Positions 1 through 12,780 of a DNA stretch of 64,000 bases are shown piece after piece (within the stretch, counting starts at the first letter, position 1; each line of letters opens with the position of its first letter). The stretch is from NCBI RefSeq assembly GCF_036321535.1, contig NC_087437.1, forward strand, positions 110,796,001 through 110,860,000, written 5' to 3'. This DNA comes from Camelus dromedarius (taxonomy: Eukaryota). The notes below the pieces were generated by a model. The model saw only the letters and a program-made list of their open reading frames with translations, searched no databases and was not told the origin of the DNA. Both the position numbers and the translations under genes were made by a program.

Positions 1-1299
1 AAGAGACCTACCAGACCTGCCAAATCCACACCTGAATTCCACGAGCCTCTCACTGAGTAAGGCACAGAGCAGGTGCTAAAAAAAAAATCACTGATTGCTC
101 AATGCATTTTGAACATTCAACCAAGTGTTCAACCAAGATTATGACAAATTTCAAAACGAAGAGTCATAACAGTTCCTGGACACAGGTATAGAAATGAGTT
201 AGAAAAGTAAGCATGCATCAACCAGTTGTGTCAAAATCCACATACTAACTATTAAACAATCCCCAGGGAAAGGTGGGCATCTCAAGTCAGAGAGACCTGT
301 CTCTTTAGAAGAGGGGAGCCCACCACCTCCAAATACAGACAACAGGCCCTCAGGATCACCAGCCAGCACGCCTCCCCGGGAAAAGGGGAGGCAAGATGAT
401 GTCCAAGCATCCACGTGTGTCAAGACACGAGACACCAGAAGATACCATTTCTCAAAGATCTCTAAAATCCAAGTTCATTCTCAACAATTTCTAGAAGCAA
501 AATGTATTCCCCCTATGGGAGAGCCCACATGAGCATACCACTCAGAGCCGAAATCCTCCACCACACCAAACGGGCTTGAAAAGCTCCAGTCAAATCCCAA
601 GGCACTTCAGAAGGCCTTCTTCCACTTTACATTCGTACATGCAGCCATTTACAACAGGGCCACTCAAGGCTGACATTTCGCAGGCGAATTTCCCACATCC
701 TGGATTTATTACATTCAGAGTATTCCTGGGCCTTCACACCCACTCCCGTCGGTGAGCTAAAAAGAGGCCCCGAGAGGAGGCCAGGTGGGTGAACAGACAG
801 GGGTCACCTGAGCCATGGTTCCCACTTGCAGGATTTCAATCTGATCTCAAATCATAGAAATAACAGGCAGGCAGAGTTTAAATGCCAACTTGAAGTGCTC
901 TTGAAAAGAGGGGAATATTTAACATTCAGGTCTGCTTTTTGCTTTCTTTTAACCATAAAGTCCCCATGAAGAAGTAATCCATGCATATAATGTATCCAAT
1001 ACTGAGAAAAAGCAAGTGTGTCCTCCTGTGTTCCGTCTGTCCGGCTAGCAACAAAATGGTGTGTTTTCACATTTTGGTTAATTTCTCTACTGCTGAAAAT
1101 TACTTCCAGATCCTATCTCTTCTTTAGTTTCCATTTGCTTCCTATATGAAATCCCCTACTCCTGGAGTAGAAAAGAAAACACAACCAGATGATAACCCAA
1201 TATTTTAAAATATAACACCAAAAACATAAAATTTAGCTGTGGCATCTGGGTCTAAAATAACATGTTTAAATAAATAATGCAGTGGAGTCTTGATGCATA

Positions 1300-1680
1300 A
1301 CATCCCTATTACAGGCTCTACCATATGGAGAGAAACTTCAGTACATCGCAAGGACCCCAAGGACATAATTTGCTGTCCCAGGCAACAGGCTCACCTAACG
1401 TCCCAGAGTTAGGAAGGACTCAAGTCAAGAAAACTTATCTATAATACACATAAACAACAAGTTTTCTTCTGTATAACGCAGGGAACTATATTCAATACCT
1501 TGTAATGACCTATAATGAAAAAGAATACGAAAATGAATATATGTATGTATATGGATGACTGAAACATTATGCTATACACCAGAAACTGACACATTGTAAA
1601 CTGACTATACCTCAATTAAATTAAAAAAAAAAAAGGAAAAGAAAACTTGGGTCTCTTGACTTCTAACCCCACGCTCTTCT
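1300..1680 (-). mobile_element. MIR SINE relic, split by a younger L1 3' end at 1437-1638
   Basis: Degenerate reverse MIR motifs either side of the L1 (tcacctaacgtcccagagttagg... / gggtctcttgacttctaaccccacgctctt). Confidence 0.5.
1437..1638 (+). mobile_element. 5'-truncated L1 3' end (cetartiodactyl/camelid type)
   Basis: gggaactatattcaatacc...acaccagaaactgacacattgtaaactgactatacctcaa + A tail; 10-bp TSD aagaaaactt at 1427-1436 and 1639-1648. Confidence 0.9.
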
Positions 1681-1760
1681 CTTTTATTTTATGGAATAAA
1701 CACTAAGTGGCAAATAACGAGAATCATTTTGTTTAAACACAAATAGCTAAGTTTACTTAC

Positions 1761-1769
1761 CTCCCTCAT
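1761..1769 (-). other. Candidate 9-nt microexon ATGAGGGAG (or 41-nt exon 1761-1801 from an upstream AG)
   Basis: Minus strand reads ttcttcttctttttctttttaattAG|ATGAGGGAG|GTAAGT: long pyrimidine tract and consensus donor; a second acceptor tttttctcttttAG lies at 1802-1803. Confidence 0.4.
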
Positions 1770-2224
1770 CTAATTAAAAAGAAAAAGAAGAAGAACATTC
1801 ACTAAAAGAGAAAAATCGCTGTGCTCTAGATGGAAACAATTTCTACCAGTATCAACACTGACACTGGAACCACCTAAAGAAAACCTTTGAACCCACCATG
1901 AAGGAACTGAGTAAGGAAACTCTTCACGCTCATATTCATGCTATTCATATGATAATTAAAAATCACCCTCCAAGGACGTAAAAGGTCAGTTGGTTAGATC
2001 TTTTCAAGGCTAAATGGTCCATCAGGCATCTGCACAAGCTAGATTCCTCTAACTATTGAAAGAGTAGAGCAGAAACTAAGTGCCCACTTTGTCTGTTTGC
2101 CCCTGACTCTTAGAAATAAACACTGAAGATGCACTGACTGTTCCAGCCTCACAGGAGAATCAGAATTGGGAAGAGGCACAGAGGCGTGGGGGGCGTGGGA
2201 GTGCCGGCTGCCCGTGTGTCGGCC

Positions 2225-2420
2225 TGGACTTGCTGTGCACTGGCTGTGTCCCCTTACATCTCCCTGCCTCAGTTTCCTCAGTTGTAAAGCCAGGATGATA
2301 GTAGTTCCTTGGGCCATTGGGAAGATTAGAGGTTTTACTGCATGTTAAGCGTTTAAACCTGTGCCAGGCAGAGAGCAAGCTCTTCATAAGCAATAGGAAT
2401 CAATAATAACATTATCATTA
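2225..2420 (+). mobile_element. MIR SINE
   Basis: MIR core tgcctcagtttcctcagttgtaaa...gtgccaggca. Confidence 0.8.
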
Positions 2421-2499
2421 ATGATTTTCCCAATCATGTCACCATTGAACAGCAAAATGTCCTGACCCTTCGAATGTACCAAGCTTCTAGACAATATCT

Positions 2500-2630
2500 T
2501 CCCTTCTACACGGTAAGCTCCTTGAGGGCATGAGAGCTGTGCTCACACCTCACTGAATCCCCCAGGACACCTCTGAAGAGGAGACCCAGAGCCACCCAAT
2601 GAGTGACTTTGGGGAAAAATGAGTAAATAA
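2500..2630 (+). mobile_element. L2 3' end fragment
   Basis: gtaagctccttgagggca...cactgaatccccca resembles the L2 terminal motif. Confidence 0.6.
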
Positions 2631-5244
2631 ACGAACTCCCTTCCCCACATCCCAATCAATACGAAGTCTAGTAACTAGATGTCACTCTGTTAACTTGAAT
2701 ACATTATCTCAATGTGGTTTGTTGGGACTTCTGTAAATGCATTAGGAGGGAAAAAAAAATATATCAACAGTTATTACCCAGAGGCTAGACCAGGAAAAGC
2801 TTTCAATCAACCCTTGTGGCTTTTGCTTTTTCCACTTGGATTGAACTCCATGCTTGGTTTGCATGCAGCCAACTGCAATTACCTCCCATATTCCTTCCAA
2901 AGCTAAACCCACAAAGAACTATTGGACTGTCGCAGACTGTCAACCCTTGATTTTTCTTCCAGATGGGATACTGCTGCCTCACGACCTCCTGTCTGGGTGA
3001 TAGTCATTACCAGACTTCCCATCTCCATCACAGCCTTTGGTTCTCATTACACAGATTGATGCTGTCTGACCAGCAAGGAGTCCCACTGATCAGGGCCCCC
3101 CGCCACCTCATCTTGACTCTCCTGGGATTTCAGATGCTTCACCTGCACCTCCAGCAAAGAGAACCCAGGCCTCTGGAACGAACCTTTCTCTAGCTCTGAA
3201 AGTAATTATCTGCAATCCCATCTCTCTTGTCACCAGCCCACCCCCACCTCAGTCCATTCACTTTCTCATAATAAAACCGGACTCCAGGGAGCATCAGTTA
3301 GGAGCAGAGAACGAAGCCCGCGCTCAGGGCCGACTGGCTTCTTCCCAAGCTAAACACACTTATGTAAACCTGACTCCATTACCGCCCAGCCCGCACACGT
3401 ATCAGGGCACCCAGCTTTCCCGGAGTTAAGCTTTTGTTTACCTGCTGTCAAGTGGGTATTTCCCAGTCAGCCTCTCCTCCCATGGAGGCTGGTAGCAACC
3501 ACCCCAACCCCCACCCAGGCAACCAAATGTGACATCAAAGGAGCCCCCGGAGTGGCCATCTGTCCCTGCCATGCCAATGTTTATGCAATGTGGGCAGGAG
3601 AGGAACAGGACAACCGAAGAATCCAGGGAGTCCTGCTGCATTATACCCCAAGGCAACGACACCCCAGGTTACATGTGCTGCAGAGCAAGACAGGGACAAG
3701 AAAGCCCTTAGTGTGCCCGGACAGGCTCCTTCTTCTTAAAAAGGAGGATGAAATTATTTAACTTTCCTGAGGGTATGCAAAGAACGGGCTTGATATGTTT
3801 CAGCTGCAGGTGGGCATCTAAAAATAAAGTCAGACCCCTAATTTTGTAATAATTTTCAAATATTACACACCCACCCCCAAAACTAAACATGGTACGCCGG
3901 GCAATCCTGACTTGGATAACTTCATGAGCAGTGAAACACCAAGGGGAACTGGCCAAGGTAGAAAAGGTAGAGATGAGAAACAAACCAGGAGTCTCAGAAT
4001 TCTAGAATCCTCATCTCAACACCTCTGTTTATACCTGGAATGGAAGGTCCTGAGACTGGTCCTGAGATTACAAGGCAGATAAAGCACAGTTCAAGTCCAG
4101 TGTCACCGCAGTGGCAGGATTTTGGTAAAGTCACGTGGGTTCATCAGCTGGACTTGGAGAGGACAGCATGTGTCCCTGGGAGGGTGTGAGGTTCAGTCAC
4201 GTACTCTGTTGGAGAACACCATGCAGAATGCCAGGCGCACAGGAGGTGCTCAATGTATGTGGTCTCTGTTCCTCAGCATCTTCAGTTCCAGCCCAAGACC
4301 TTACGGTGGACTCACACACAGGAGGTAAAGCACGTCTGAGCCAGCCAAAAAGGAGAGGTCACTGTGGACGGTGAGGCTGCCCATCGGCTAAAACTCAACA
4401 CACAGACTCTGCTGGGGGACATCATTGTTATCTTTCCAATTAGGGGGGGAGGGGGGGACGCAACATGGTTCAACTACCATTTACATGAAGTTTGTCAAAC
4501 CACATCCCAAGCATTGGAAGTGAATTCACATTATTCATCACATAAATCTGCTTAAATTCCCCCGGAGGAGGAGACAGTTAGCCACTGTGCTTGAAGCCAA
4601 GAGATGATACATCCACCCTGTGATTCAACTTGAACAGCTGCAGCGTGAAAGCACACACACGGGCTCACCCAAAAATGGGAGAACGATTTCAAGATTTGCC
4701 CCCTCACTTACTTTATTTTTATTTCTTCACTTTTATTCCCAGACCTCATTATTTCCATTCATTCACAGAACCCAGAAACTACCATGGCATTTCTTTGGAC
4801 AGCTCGGCCCAGGTTTTGATGAATCCCTAAAGAATCAAATCACCCAACACTTACAATGTGGTTCTGGGCACCAGCACGGTGCTCAAGGATTTACCATCGA
4901 GCTGGGAGGAGAGAAGATATAAAAGGCAACATCTGACAAATAATATTGGTTCTGAGGGGGAAAAATGACTCTGGGCTGGAACAGATTGGAAAGGCAGCGA
5001 GGGGGAGGTGAGCTTGCGCCGACTCTGAAAGAGCTGGGGGATGGTCAATCCAGCAGGAAACCGAGTGGACACCTGCCCAGAGACAGGACTCAGTGCGGCT
5101 GTTTGGGGACAGTGCAAAGGTCAGCCGGGCGGTTCAGCCACTTTAAGCAAGCATTTACAGAACACCCCGCGGCAGTCACTGTAATCCACAATGAGGCACA
5201 TATACAGAAAAGGACACGCAGCACTGCCTTGGAGAAACACGTGG

Positions 5245-5345
5245 GAGCATTCCGGTTAAGAGCACAGCAGGTCAGGTGAGGGGGGTTCAGATCATCCTGG
5301 CTCCCCCACTTTCTAACTCTGCAGCTTGGAACAAGTTACTTAAGT
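5245..5345 (+). mobile_element. MIR 5' fragment
   Basis: ggttaagagcac...cttggaacaagttacttaa. Confidence 0.6.
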
Positions 5346-5690
5346 CAGAGACAAGAACTGGCATTTAAGTGACTTACTAGGATGCACTTCCAGAGAAAAC
5401 CAGTTGTGGGGTGGGGAACGAAGCCACAAGGGCTCTCTGGAGACGGGACGGGGGACACCTCAGAGTTGTCCTGAAATACCTGTGCCCTCTTGATGGTTAG
5501 CCTTGGCTAAAGACGGCTCTGGGGGTGCAAGGATTCCTCAGTCCAAGAGGGATCAACTCCTGAAGCCAGCTTTCCAACAAAGGGAAGGCGGTGCTGGCTG
5601 CATCGGGGGAAAGCAGGTGGGCGAGGCTTATGTGCATGAAAGGTAACGTGGCTCCTTGCACTGCGCTACAAGGGGTTGATCATTTTTATG
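5346..5690 (-). mobile_element. Possible ancient ERVL-type LTR relic (LTR16/40-like)
   Basis: gagacaagaactggcatttaagtgacttactagg...gtggggtgggga resembles the reverse end of old ERVL LTRs; heavily diverged. Confidence 0.35.
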
Positions 5691-5974
5691 ATCTACAATT
5701 GTATTATTATCATTTATATTATCTTTACCCCTTAAAAAAAATCCAAAACCCAATTATAGGAGTACCATGGGATGTAAAGATCAAGGTCCCCAGACTGCCG
5801 TGTGCAGGCGGAGAGAGGAGTGGCCCCGGCTGCTCGTCGGGATCAAGGCCACCAGGAGCAGCAGGTAAGACGGGAGGAACAAGTCACAGCAAGGCCCGCA
5901 GAGCAGGGCCTGCAGTGCCGGTGGGAAACCACAAGCTGCAGGGATCCCAGTGCCAAACCGTGAAGCGGTTTGGG

Positions 5975-6173
5975 AGAAAGTCACACACAGAACTCCCGTA
6001 TCACCCAGCAACCCCACATCTGCGTATTTATCCAAAAGAAAAAAAAGCAGGGATCTCATGGAGTTACTAGCACTCCCATGTTCACTGCAGCATCATTATT
6101 CACAGTAGCCAAAATGTAGGAACCACCTAAATGTCCATCGATGGAGGGATGAAAAAAAATGCAGTGTGTACAG

Positions 6174-6204
<31 letters not shown>

Positions 6205-6585
6205 TGAATATTATTCAGCCTTAAAAAAAAAAAAAAGGAAATCCTGCCATTTGCGACAGCACGGATGACCCTTGACTTAAGAACACTGTGCTATGTGAAA
6301 TAAGCCAGTCCCAGAAAGACAAATGTGGCATGATTCCACTTCTCCGAAGTCTCTAAAATCGTCAAAACTCATGAAAACAAAGGATGGAATGCTGGCTTCC
6401 AGGGGCTGGGGGCAGGGGGAATGGGGAATTGCTAATCAACAGGTATAAAATTTCAGTTACGCCAGATGAGTAAATTCTAGAGCTCAGCTGTAAAATACCA
6501 TCCCTACTGCTAATGCAAATCCTGTATCATACATTTAAAAATCTGATGAGAGGGGGGATCTCACATTAAGTGTTCTCACTACAGG
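5975..6585 (+). mobile_element. L1 (L1MA/L1MB-type) ORF2 end and 3' UTR
   Basis: cccatgttcactgcagca...aaatgtccatcgatgg...gaaataagccagtcccagaaagacaaat...aagtgttctcactaca; internal (CA)n at 6174-6202. Confidence 0.9.
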
Positions 6586-9119
6586 AAACTCTGTTTGAAT
6601 TGCAGAGCTCCTGCCTCAGGAAGCATCTGTGATTCTGCCTCTCCATCAAGTCAGGAGTCAGATATTTTGTTCAAATTCTGGACCAGCCAGCAAACGACCA
6701 AAATCTGATCAATGTTCAATAATACAGCAGCTTCTCACCTACTAACAAGGCTTGTGTGGCTCTGTTCACGGGAGGAAGGCAAGCTTGAAGAGGATAACTC
6801 AACTCTGTGGAGTTATAAAGCCCCTTTGGGTCTAAATCATTCTCTCCCAATGAAGTAAAGGGGGGATGCTCAGGGCACATGTCACTGTCCCCACGTGGCA
6901 GAAGGAACAAAAGAGCACAAAGCCCTTTTTCACTGGACTTTTCCCAAGAAGAGCCTCGTGCCACACACGGGAGGTAGGCAAGGGGTCACTGCAGCCGATT
7001 TCTCTTCTCCAGGTGCCTGCAAATCGTGCACCTTTGCGAGTGGATCCTTTCAACGGGCAGCTCCTTGCCCAGCAAGCAATGACGGCACCCCATCTGAGCA
7101 CAGCAGCGATGCCCAAGTGAAATACTGCTCTCTACCCAAACCCACTTCCCAGTTTAGACGAGGGCTCATCCTCTGTGTTAAAAGTAACATGATCTCATGT
7201 CCGAGTGCCCCAGAAAAAGCCCATTCTGATACCAGGCTTCCCCTTATCCGGTGTCAGGAGGGCAGGCAAAAGAAAATCCAGGAAGACAAAGGTAGGAAGG
7301 TTACCCTGGAAAGTCTCTAAAACAACATGATCTGAGAATCAACGGGAATCTTCTTCCTCATGACTCCAGGAATGAGGACTGTGTGCCAACTGGTGGTAGT
7401 CCACCAGGGCAGACCCACTCAGCTCACGGGGGCCCTGACGTGGGGGTCACCACGACCCTCTCCTCACCAAATCCAGAAGATTGGCCTGTCCATGCCAATG
7501 ACCCAAGGAGAAAGGGACCCTCAGCAACAGAAGGTTCCCAGGAAGTCAATTTCAAAGCCTCAGATTGGGAGCGGGGACAATCAGAATCCCTCTTCCCACC
7601 GAAACAACAGTCACAAATAATGAACCTCCTGTATTCCCAGAACAGGAGGCTTTGGGCAGGATCCTGCAACAAGGACTTTAAAAGCTTGACTCCTTATTTC
7701 CCAGCGTCTGCAAATGCCCCACTTACCCCATCCCAAAACAGAAGAAGCTTCTCAAGATCTCCAAATGTGCCGTCCGCAGGGGCAGCTCACGTCCCAGGTG
7801 ACAGGCTAGGAGTCAGCAGCACATCCCATGGTACCACCCCTCCTCCTCCTCCTCCTGGCTTTCGGGTCTAGAAAGGTGGGCCTCAGTCCACTGTGGTTCT
7901 GCCTACAAGAGCAGACACAGGAAAATAATGGGTTTTGTGCTCATTTTTTATATTCCTCTAGAGGTTGCAAGATCATCCTCTGAAATACTAGTGAGATAAC
8001 ACCGGAAATGGACTTCGTATGTTGCAGACACTCAATACATCAGTGTTTATTAGTATTCGTATTTTAATAGTAAAAGAAGCATCTTACCAGGCCCTCATTG
8101 CATTATGGCTTTGAAGATAGCACTTTGGCCATGGTTATTCTTGCCCACCCAAATCTCACAATTTATGGAAGTCGGAATTCCCGAACACTAGCAAACACAA
8201 TTCCAAGGGACCACACGAGGCTCTAGGATCCAGTACAAGATCTCACAAATGCACCCCTAATCACTAAACAAATACAACTTTCCAAAAGTGACGATCTCTT
8301 CCCCCAAAAGTCGTACCAGTGAACCCCACGCTGACACTTTGTTTTCAAGCAAGAGAATCAAAATAAACTGGGGAAGTGGTGCTGCAAAACACTTAGGAAG
8401 ACTACAGTCCTCTTGTTCTCCACACTCATAAAATCACCAACTAAAACAAACAGCAGCCCTGGCACTGTTACTCAGCACTCGGGGTCACAGCGGACAGGCC
8501 AGACGCAGGGCAGCCAGTTCATCAATCTGCCGTCTTAGAAAATAACTCCACAAAACATAAACCAAGTCTCACTCCTCGCGCAGAACGGATGCTGGCACCA
8601 TACCATAAAGCCTTTTCCCAGCTCAGATCCTTTCCTGTGCCCTGTTCAGCCCTTTGCAACACTGGACACCTAAATAAATCTTAACCATTTTTTTCCAAAT
8701 ATTCTCCAGGATCTTTTCAGTTGAGACACCCCAGGGAGAACACAGTGCTTAAGTCTGGTTGACTTCAGTAAAGCTATAGACCTTTGTGCAGGAATATTAA
8801 TCAACCAACCTCCTCCACCCTAGGCTCCCTGTTTCCCTTCTTGGTTACGAGGTCAGCTATAGCGTTAAACAATCTACCCTTCCCCCTAAAGCACAGAGGA
8901 ACTCCAAGCTCTGGAAAAATATTCTCAGAAAATACACTGACAATACAAAATTGATACAGTAATCATCAGCACCACCTACTTCCCAGTTAAACTCTGGAGT
9001 AACTAAATTTAACAAACTTTGCCTTCACAGAAGCAACCCCAGGAACTTCCATGGCAGTTTCTGCCAAGTATTAAGCTTTGTACCCATTTCATTTGTACCC
9101 TAAGGACAGCAAAAAAAAA

Positions 9120-9185
9120 AAAGGAAGGAAGGGAAGAAGGAAGGAAGGGAGGGAGGGAGGGAGGCAGGGAGGGAAGGAGGGAATC
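9120..9185 (+). repeat. (GGAA/GGGA)n purine microsatellite
   Basis: aaggaaggaagggaagaaggaaggaagggagggaggg read directly. Confidence 0.9.
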
Positions 9186-9275
9186 AGAATAGAGCAGTGA
9201 GACCCTCAAGGTGGTGAGATGGACTGAAGGAAAAAAACAACAATCCCAGGAAGGTAAGATAAAAAGTGGAGGTGA

Positions 9276-9416
9276 GGAAGGAGGGAATAGCTCAGTGGTA
9301 GAGCATGTGCTTATTAGCGTGCTCAAGGTCCTGGGTTCAATCCCCAGTACCTCCATTAAAGACAAAAAATTTTTTAATAAATAAATAAAATTAATCCTCC
9401 CTCCCCCATCCCAAAA
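9276..9416 (+). mobile_element. tRNA-derived camelid-type SINE (Vic-1-like)
   Basis: A box tagctcagtgg, B box ggttcaatcc, A-rich tail; 15-bp TSD aaaaagtggagg(t/g)ga at 9261-9275 and 9417-9431. Confidence 0.9.
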
Positions 9417-9649
9417 AAAAAGTGGAGGGGAAAAATGTACAGCCAGTTTACTACCAATCAACTAGGATAAAGATGAAGACGCTGAAGCTATGGAAGCTAG
9501 TGATCCCACCTGCCCATAGTGAAGAGATAACAACTGAAAGAAGAGGCTTTGTTTTATTCTGTTGCAATAACCTTTCACATTTTTGGAAGGAAGACACAGA
9601 CAGCTGTGAGGTTGAACAAGAGAAGGAGAGGGAAACACTCAAGGTACTA

Positions 9650-9875
9650 CGATTTATTAAGTGTCTACTTTGTGCCAAACCACAAGGTAGGTGAATACTC
9701 ATGCAGAAATATCACAACAGCACCCCCAGAGCAGTTTTCATGATTTCCATCTCACAGGAGGGGACATACATGCTCAGAGAGGTTAGGCAATTTTCCTGAG
9801 GCCCCACAGCTAAAAGTGACAGAACAGGAATTCCAACTCAGCTCTTTCTGACTCCAAAGTTCTTGTTTTTATACT
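9650..9875 (-). mobile_element. MIR SINE
   Basis: atttattaagtgtctactttgtgcca...gctcagagaggttaggcaa...ctgactccaaag = reverse MIR. Confidence 0.8.
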
Positions 9876-10384
9876 GCTACATACCCAGGAAGATTTTTCT
9901 GAGAACACTTTAAAATGCCAAGGCTCATGCATTGAATGTGAACCAAAATGAGACATTCTTCCTCCATCATTACAGCAAATTTGCTCTGCCTTGGTACAAA
10001 GTAAATCTGTATTGTCAGGTGGGTTGAAAGCACCTCCAGTTCACATTAAATTACCAGTAAGTCTTATATAATTTCAGTTAGATGTTTCCAAAGCAATTTC
10101 ACAGGGTGTGTCCCAGTGAATATACAAAACCCACCTTAGAACAATTTAATCCAACGTGTGTGATACCCAAGAACACAAGGTATGTTTTATTTTAATAAAG
10201 CTGAAAAACATTATGTCGATGTTTTTCCCATAAAGATAAATACATAATGTCTTCTGCCATACAGCTAGGAGACTCAGTTCCTTAGTTTTAAAGGCTCTTA
10301 AAATCTTTTTTGACAGAGTTCCACAGGATAGAATTTTTTAAATGCATATTAACTTAAAAGAAGTAGTGTTTGTTTTTGCTTCAT

Positions 10385-10705
10385 TTAAAATACAAACAAA
10401 ACCAAAGTGGGGTCTTCCAAAAGACCAATAAAACTGGTAATACATTAGCACGACTGATCAAGAAGAAAAGAGAAAAAGGCACAGATAACCAAGCCAGGAA
10501 TGAAAACATTTCTACAGATGATACAGTCTTTAAAAATATTATGAAAGGATGCTCAGTGCAATTTTGTATCAATAAATTTAAAACCTTACATAAAATAGGA
10601 AAATTCCTATTTAAAAAAAAAAGAGATACTAAAACAAGATCATCTTAATGGTCCTATTTCCATTGAACAAATTGAATTTGCAATTATAATTTTAAAAACT
10701 TTCAA
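10385..10705 (+). mobile_element. Ancient L1 ORF2 fragment
   Basis: ORF 10370-10648 contains NKTGNTLARLIKKKREK, matching the L1 ORF2 motif NKIDRPLARLIKKKREK. Confidence 0.85.
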
Positions 10706-11510
10706 ATAGCCAGAGCCAAACCAGGTTATTTACAGGAGAGGTAAAGGGACCATAAGAAAAAAAAAGGAGACACCAAAGTTATAACACCTTCAAGGTCATA
10801 TAGTAGAATTAACCCAATTTCAAATGTCTGCATGATGATGTCTTTGAACAGTCCCATGTAACAGTGTCGAGAAACCTTTATGCATAACATACTCGCCCTT
10901 CTCTAGCTGAGGATTACTGTTCCATAAAACTCCATGAGCAAGGATCCATTAGTCAGTTTCACCAGCACTGTCACGAGAACCGGTCTGCTTGTCTTTCCTG
11001 TTGAGTGAGTTACCAAAGGTTCCCAGGGGGTGGGAGGAATCAGCACCAAGTTCATATCTACCTGCCATGTTCTTTCCTGAGCCCACAAAGACCTAGAACT
11101 CAGGGCTCCAGCAGTGTGACAGCCTGGACCGCGCAACCTGATGTTTTTCCTTGGGATTTGTCTAGATTGGTTTAAAAGTAATTCCATTTTCCTTCCATTA
11201 TCATTAACTTCAGGGAAGCTGGAGGGTGAAAACAAACTAAGTGAAACTGTGGCCACAGAAACCTGTGCCCTAAGCCCCGAAGTTCAAGTGGCAGGTGGGC
11301 TGAGGAAAGCCAGGCTCTTCCATTCCAGTATTGGAGGATGACAGAATCGGTTACTAACATCCTTGTAATTGCACCCAGCCCAGAACTGGGAGAAACAGTG
11401 GTTAAAATGAAATTTGATTTTCTGTAAATATAAGAGCCACACATTTATTCACTTTCACTTCTTGCCCTAAAAGTAAGACAATTCTCTAAAAATTCTTATG
11501 AAGGATTAGC

Positions 11511-11512
<2 letters not shown>

Positions 11513-11547
<35 letters not shown>
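11513..11547 (+). repeat. (CA)n microsatellite
   Basis: Read directly. Confidence 0.95.
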
Positions 11548-11548
<1 letters not shown>

Positions 11549-12119
11549 CTCCCACTGCTCTGCACTAACCTTTTGATCAGATATAACATAGATGACACAG
11601 GTAATAGTTAACCCAAAAGACTCCATCTAACCCCTCTGCAGGGAGCAAACACCACACATGCCAAATGAAAGCTCCTTGAGGGGCTCCAAATAAAATCTAA
11701 AGAATGTTTGAGTTTGGCCAAGTTAACCATTTGCTGAGACATAGTAAGTGTCTTTTGCAATCACCCCAACCCCAGTGCCACCCTCCACCCAAAGTTCCTC
11801 TCCACACCCCACCCGAAATTGACTTAGGCAATCAGTCTAAAGATAAACCAGCTGCCATAGAAACACTAACATTTGCAACAACAACAACAAAAAAAGATCC
11901 ACATAAACAAATAACACCTCAATAACCAGGAAGCCTTGAGCTGAACTCACTTAACCACACAAAATTAATGAGAAGCGGAGACTTCCCCATGCCTCACTCC
12001 AGAACTCCCATCCAGGAGCCTGCTGGGCGCCACAGCTTCAGAACATTCCTTCGGAAGTTTTTGTCACTTAGATCCCAAGACGTTCATGGGGTTCACTTTT
12101 AAAGACATTGACCTGTTGT

Positions 12120-12780
12120 TACTGAACGCGCAGCAGGACAGCGGGGATTGGGCGCATCTTTGGTGCACAATCTCCTTCCCCGATCCCGGATTCTGTGCGA
12201 TCCTAGGCTACAGAAGGCAAGGGGAAAAAGGCGAAGCCCTTTCAAAGCCTAAACCCCTTTCCCCAGGGGCCAGACCCACATGGGTGGCTTCCCCGGGCAG
12301 CCCCGGCACAGCGCCCGCCGATCCCGGGCCGGCGTGCTCGGGGCGCACAGGTCCACGCGCCGCAGCAGCGGAGCCCGGGGCTCTCATCCCGCCTCTCCCG
12401 GTCCAAAGCCACCGTCGCGGCTGGCCCTCACCATCCAGCACAAAGAAATTCGCCGGTGGAAAGAAGGGGTTTTTTTAATTCAAGCTTACCAGTGCTCAGC
12501 GAGGCGCACATGCTTCCCCCGTCTAGCTTCCCATCTCTCAAACTTCCAGTAACAGAAATGAGGAAGCAGCAGCCTTCCCCGGCTTCTGGCAGTGGGAGTG
12601 GGCGTAACTTGTGAAGTTTCGTGCTAGAATGAATCTGGTCGTTTGGGTGTGCTGGAGAGGGTTTGTGGCTCCTCCCCGCCCACCGGCGCCTCCCTCCTCT
12701 CCGCCTCCTCCAATTTAATTCTTTCCTTTGGCGTTCGCAAGGCCACCAACTCCCCAGCGGTCAGCTCCTCGCATCCTTAG
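12120..12780 (-). promoter_or_regulatory. CpG-rich internal/alternative promoter of a minus-strand gene
   Basis: Sharp local CpG/GC enrichment with no repeats; GC box (GGGCGGGG on minus, 12674-12681), CCAAT 12710-12714, ETS-like GGAA cores near 12543 and 12562; splice donor at 12490. Confidence 0.7.
12490..12660 (-). other. Candidate alternative first exon (5' end approximate); may encode MCASLST ending in phase 1
   Basis: Donor CTG|GTAAGC at 12490/12489 within the CpG-rich region; ATG at 12511 with A at -3. Confidence 0.6.

Noticed and set aside
9276..9355. tRNA gene-like sequence with A and B boxes (also at 42698 and 62800)
   Set aside because: Diverged copies with A-rich tails and TSDs are SINEs, not functional tRNA genes
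10832..10910. Possible C/D box snoRNA (ATGATGA ... CTGA, 79 nt)
   Set aside because: Antisense to the inferred host gene, only about 3 bp of terminal stem, no clear C'/D' boxes and no rRNA guide I can recognise
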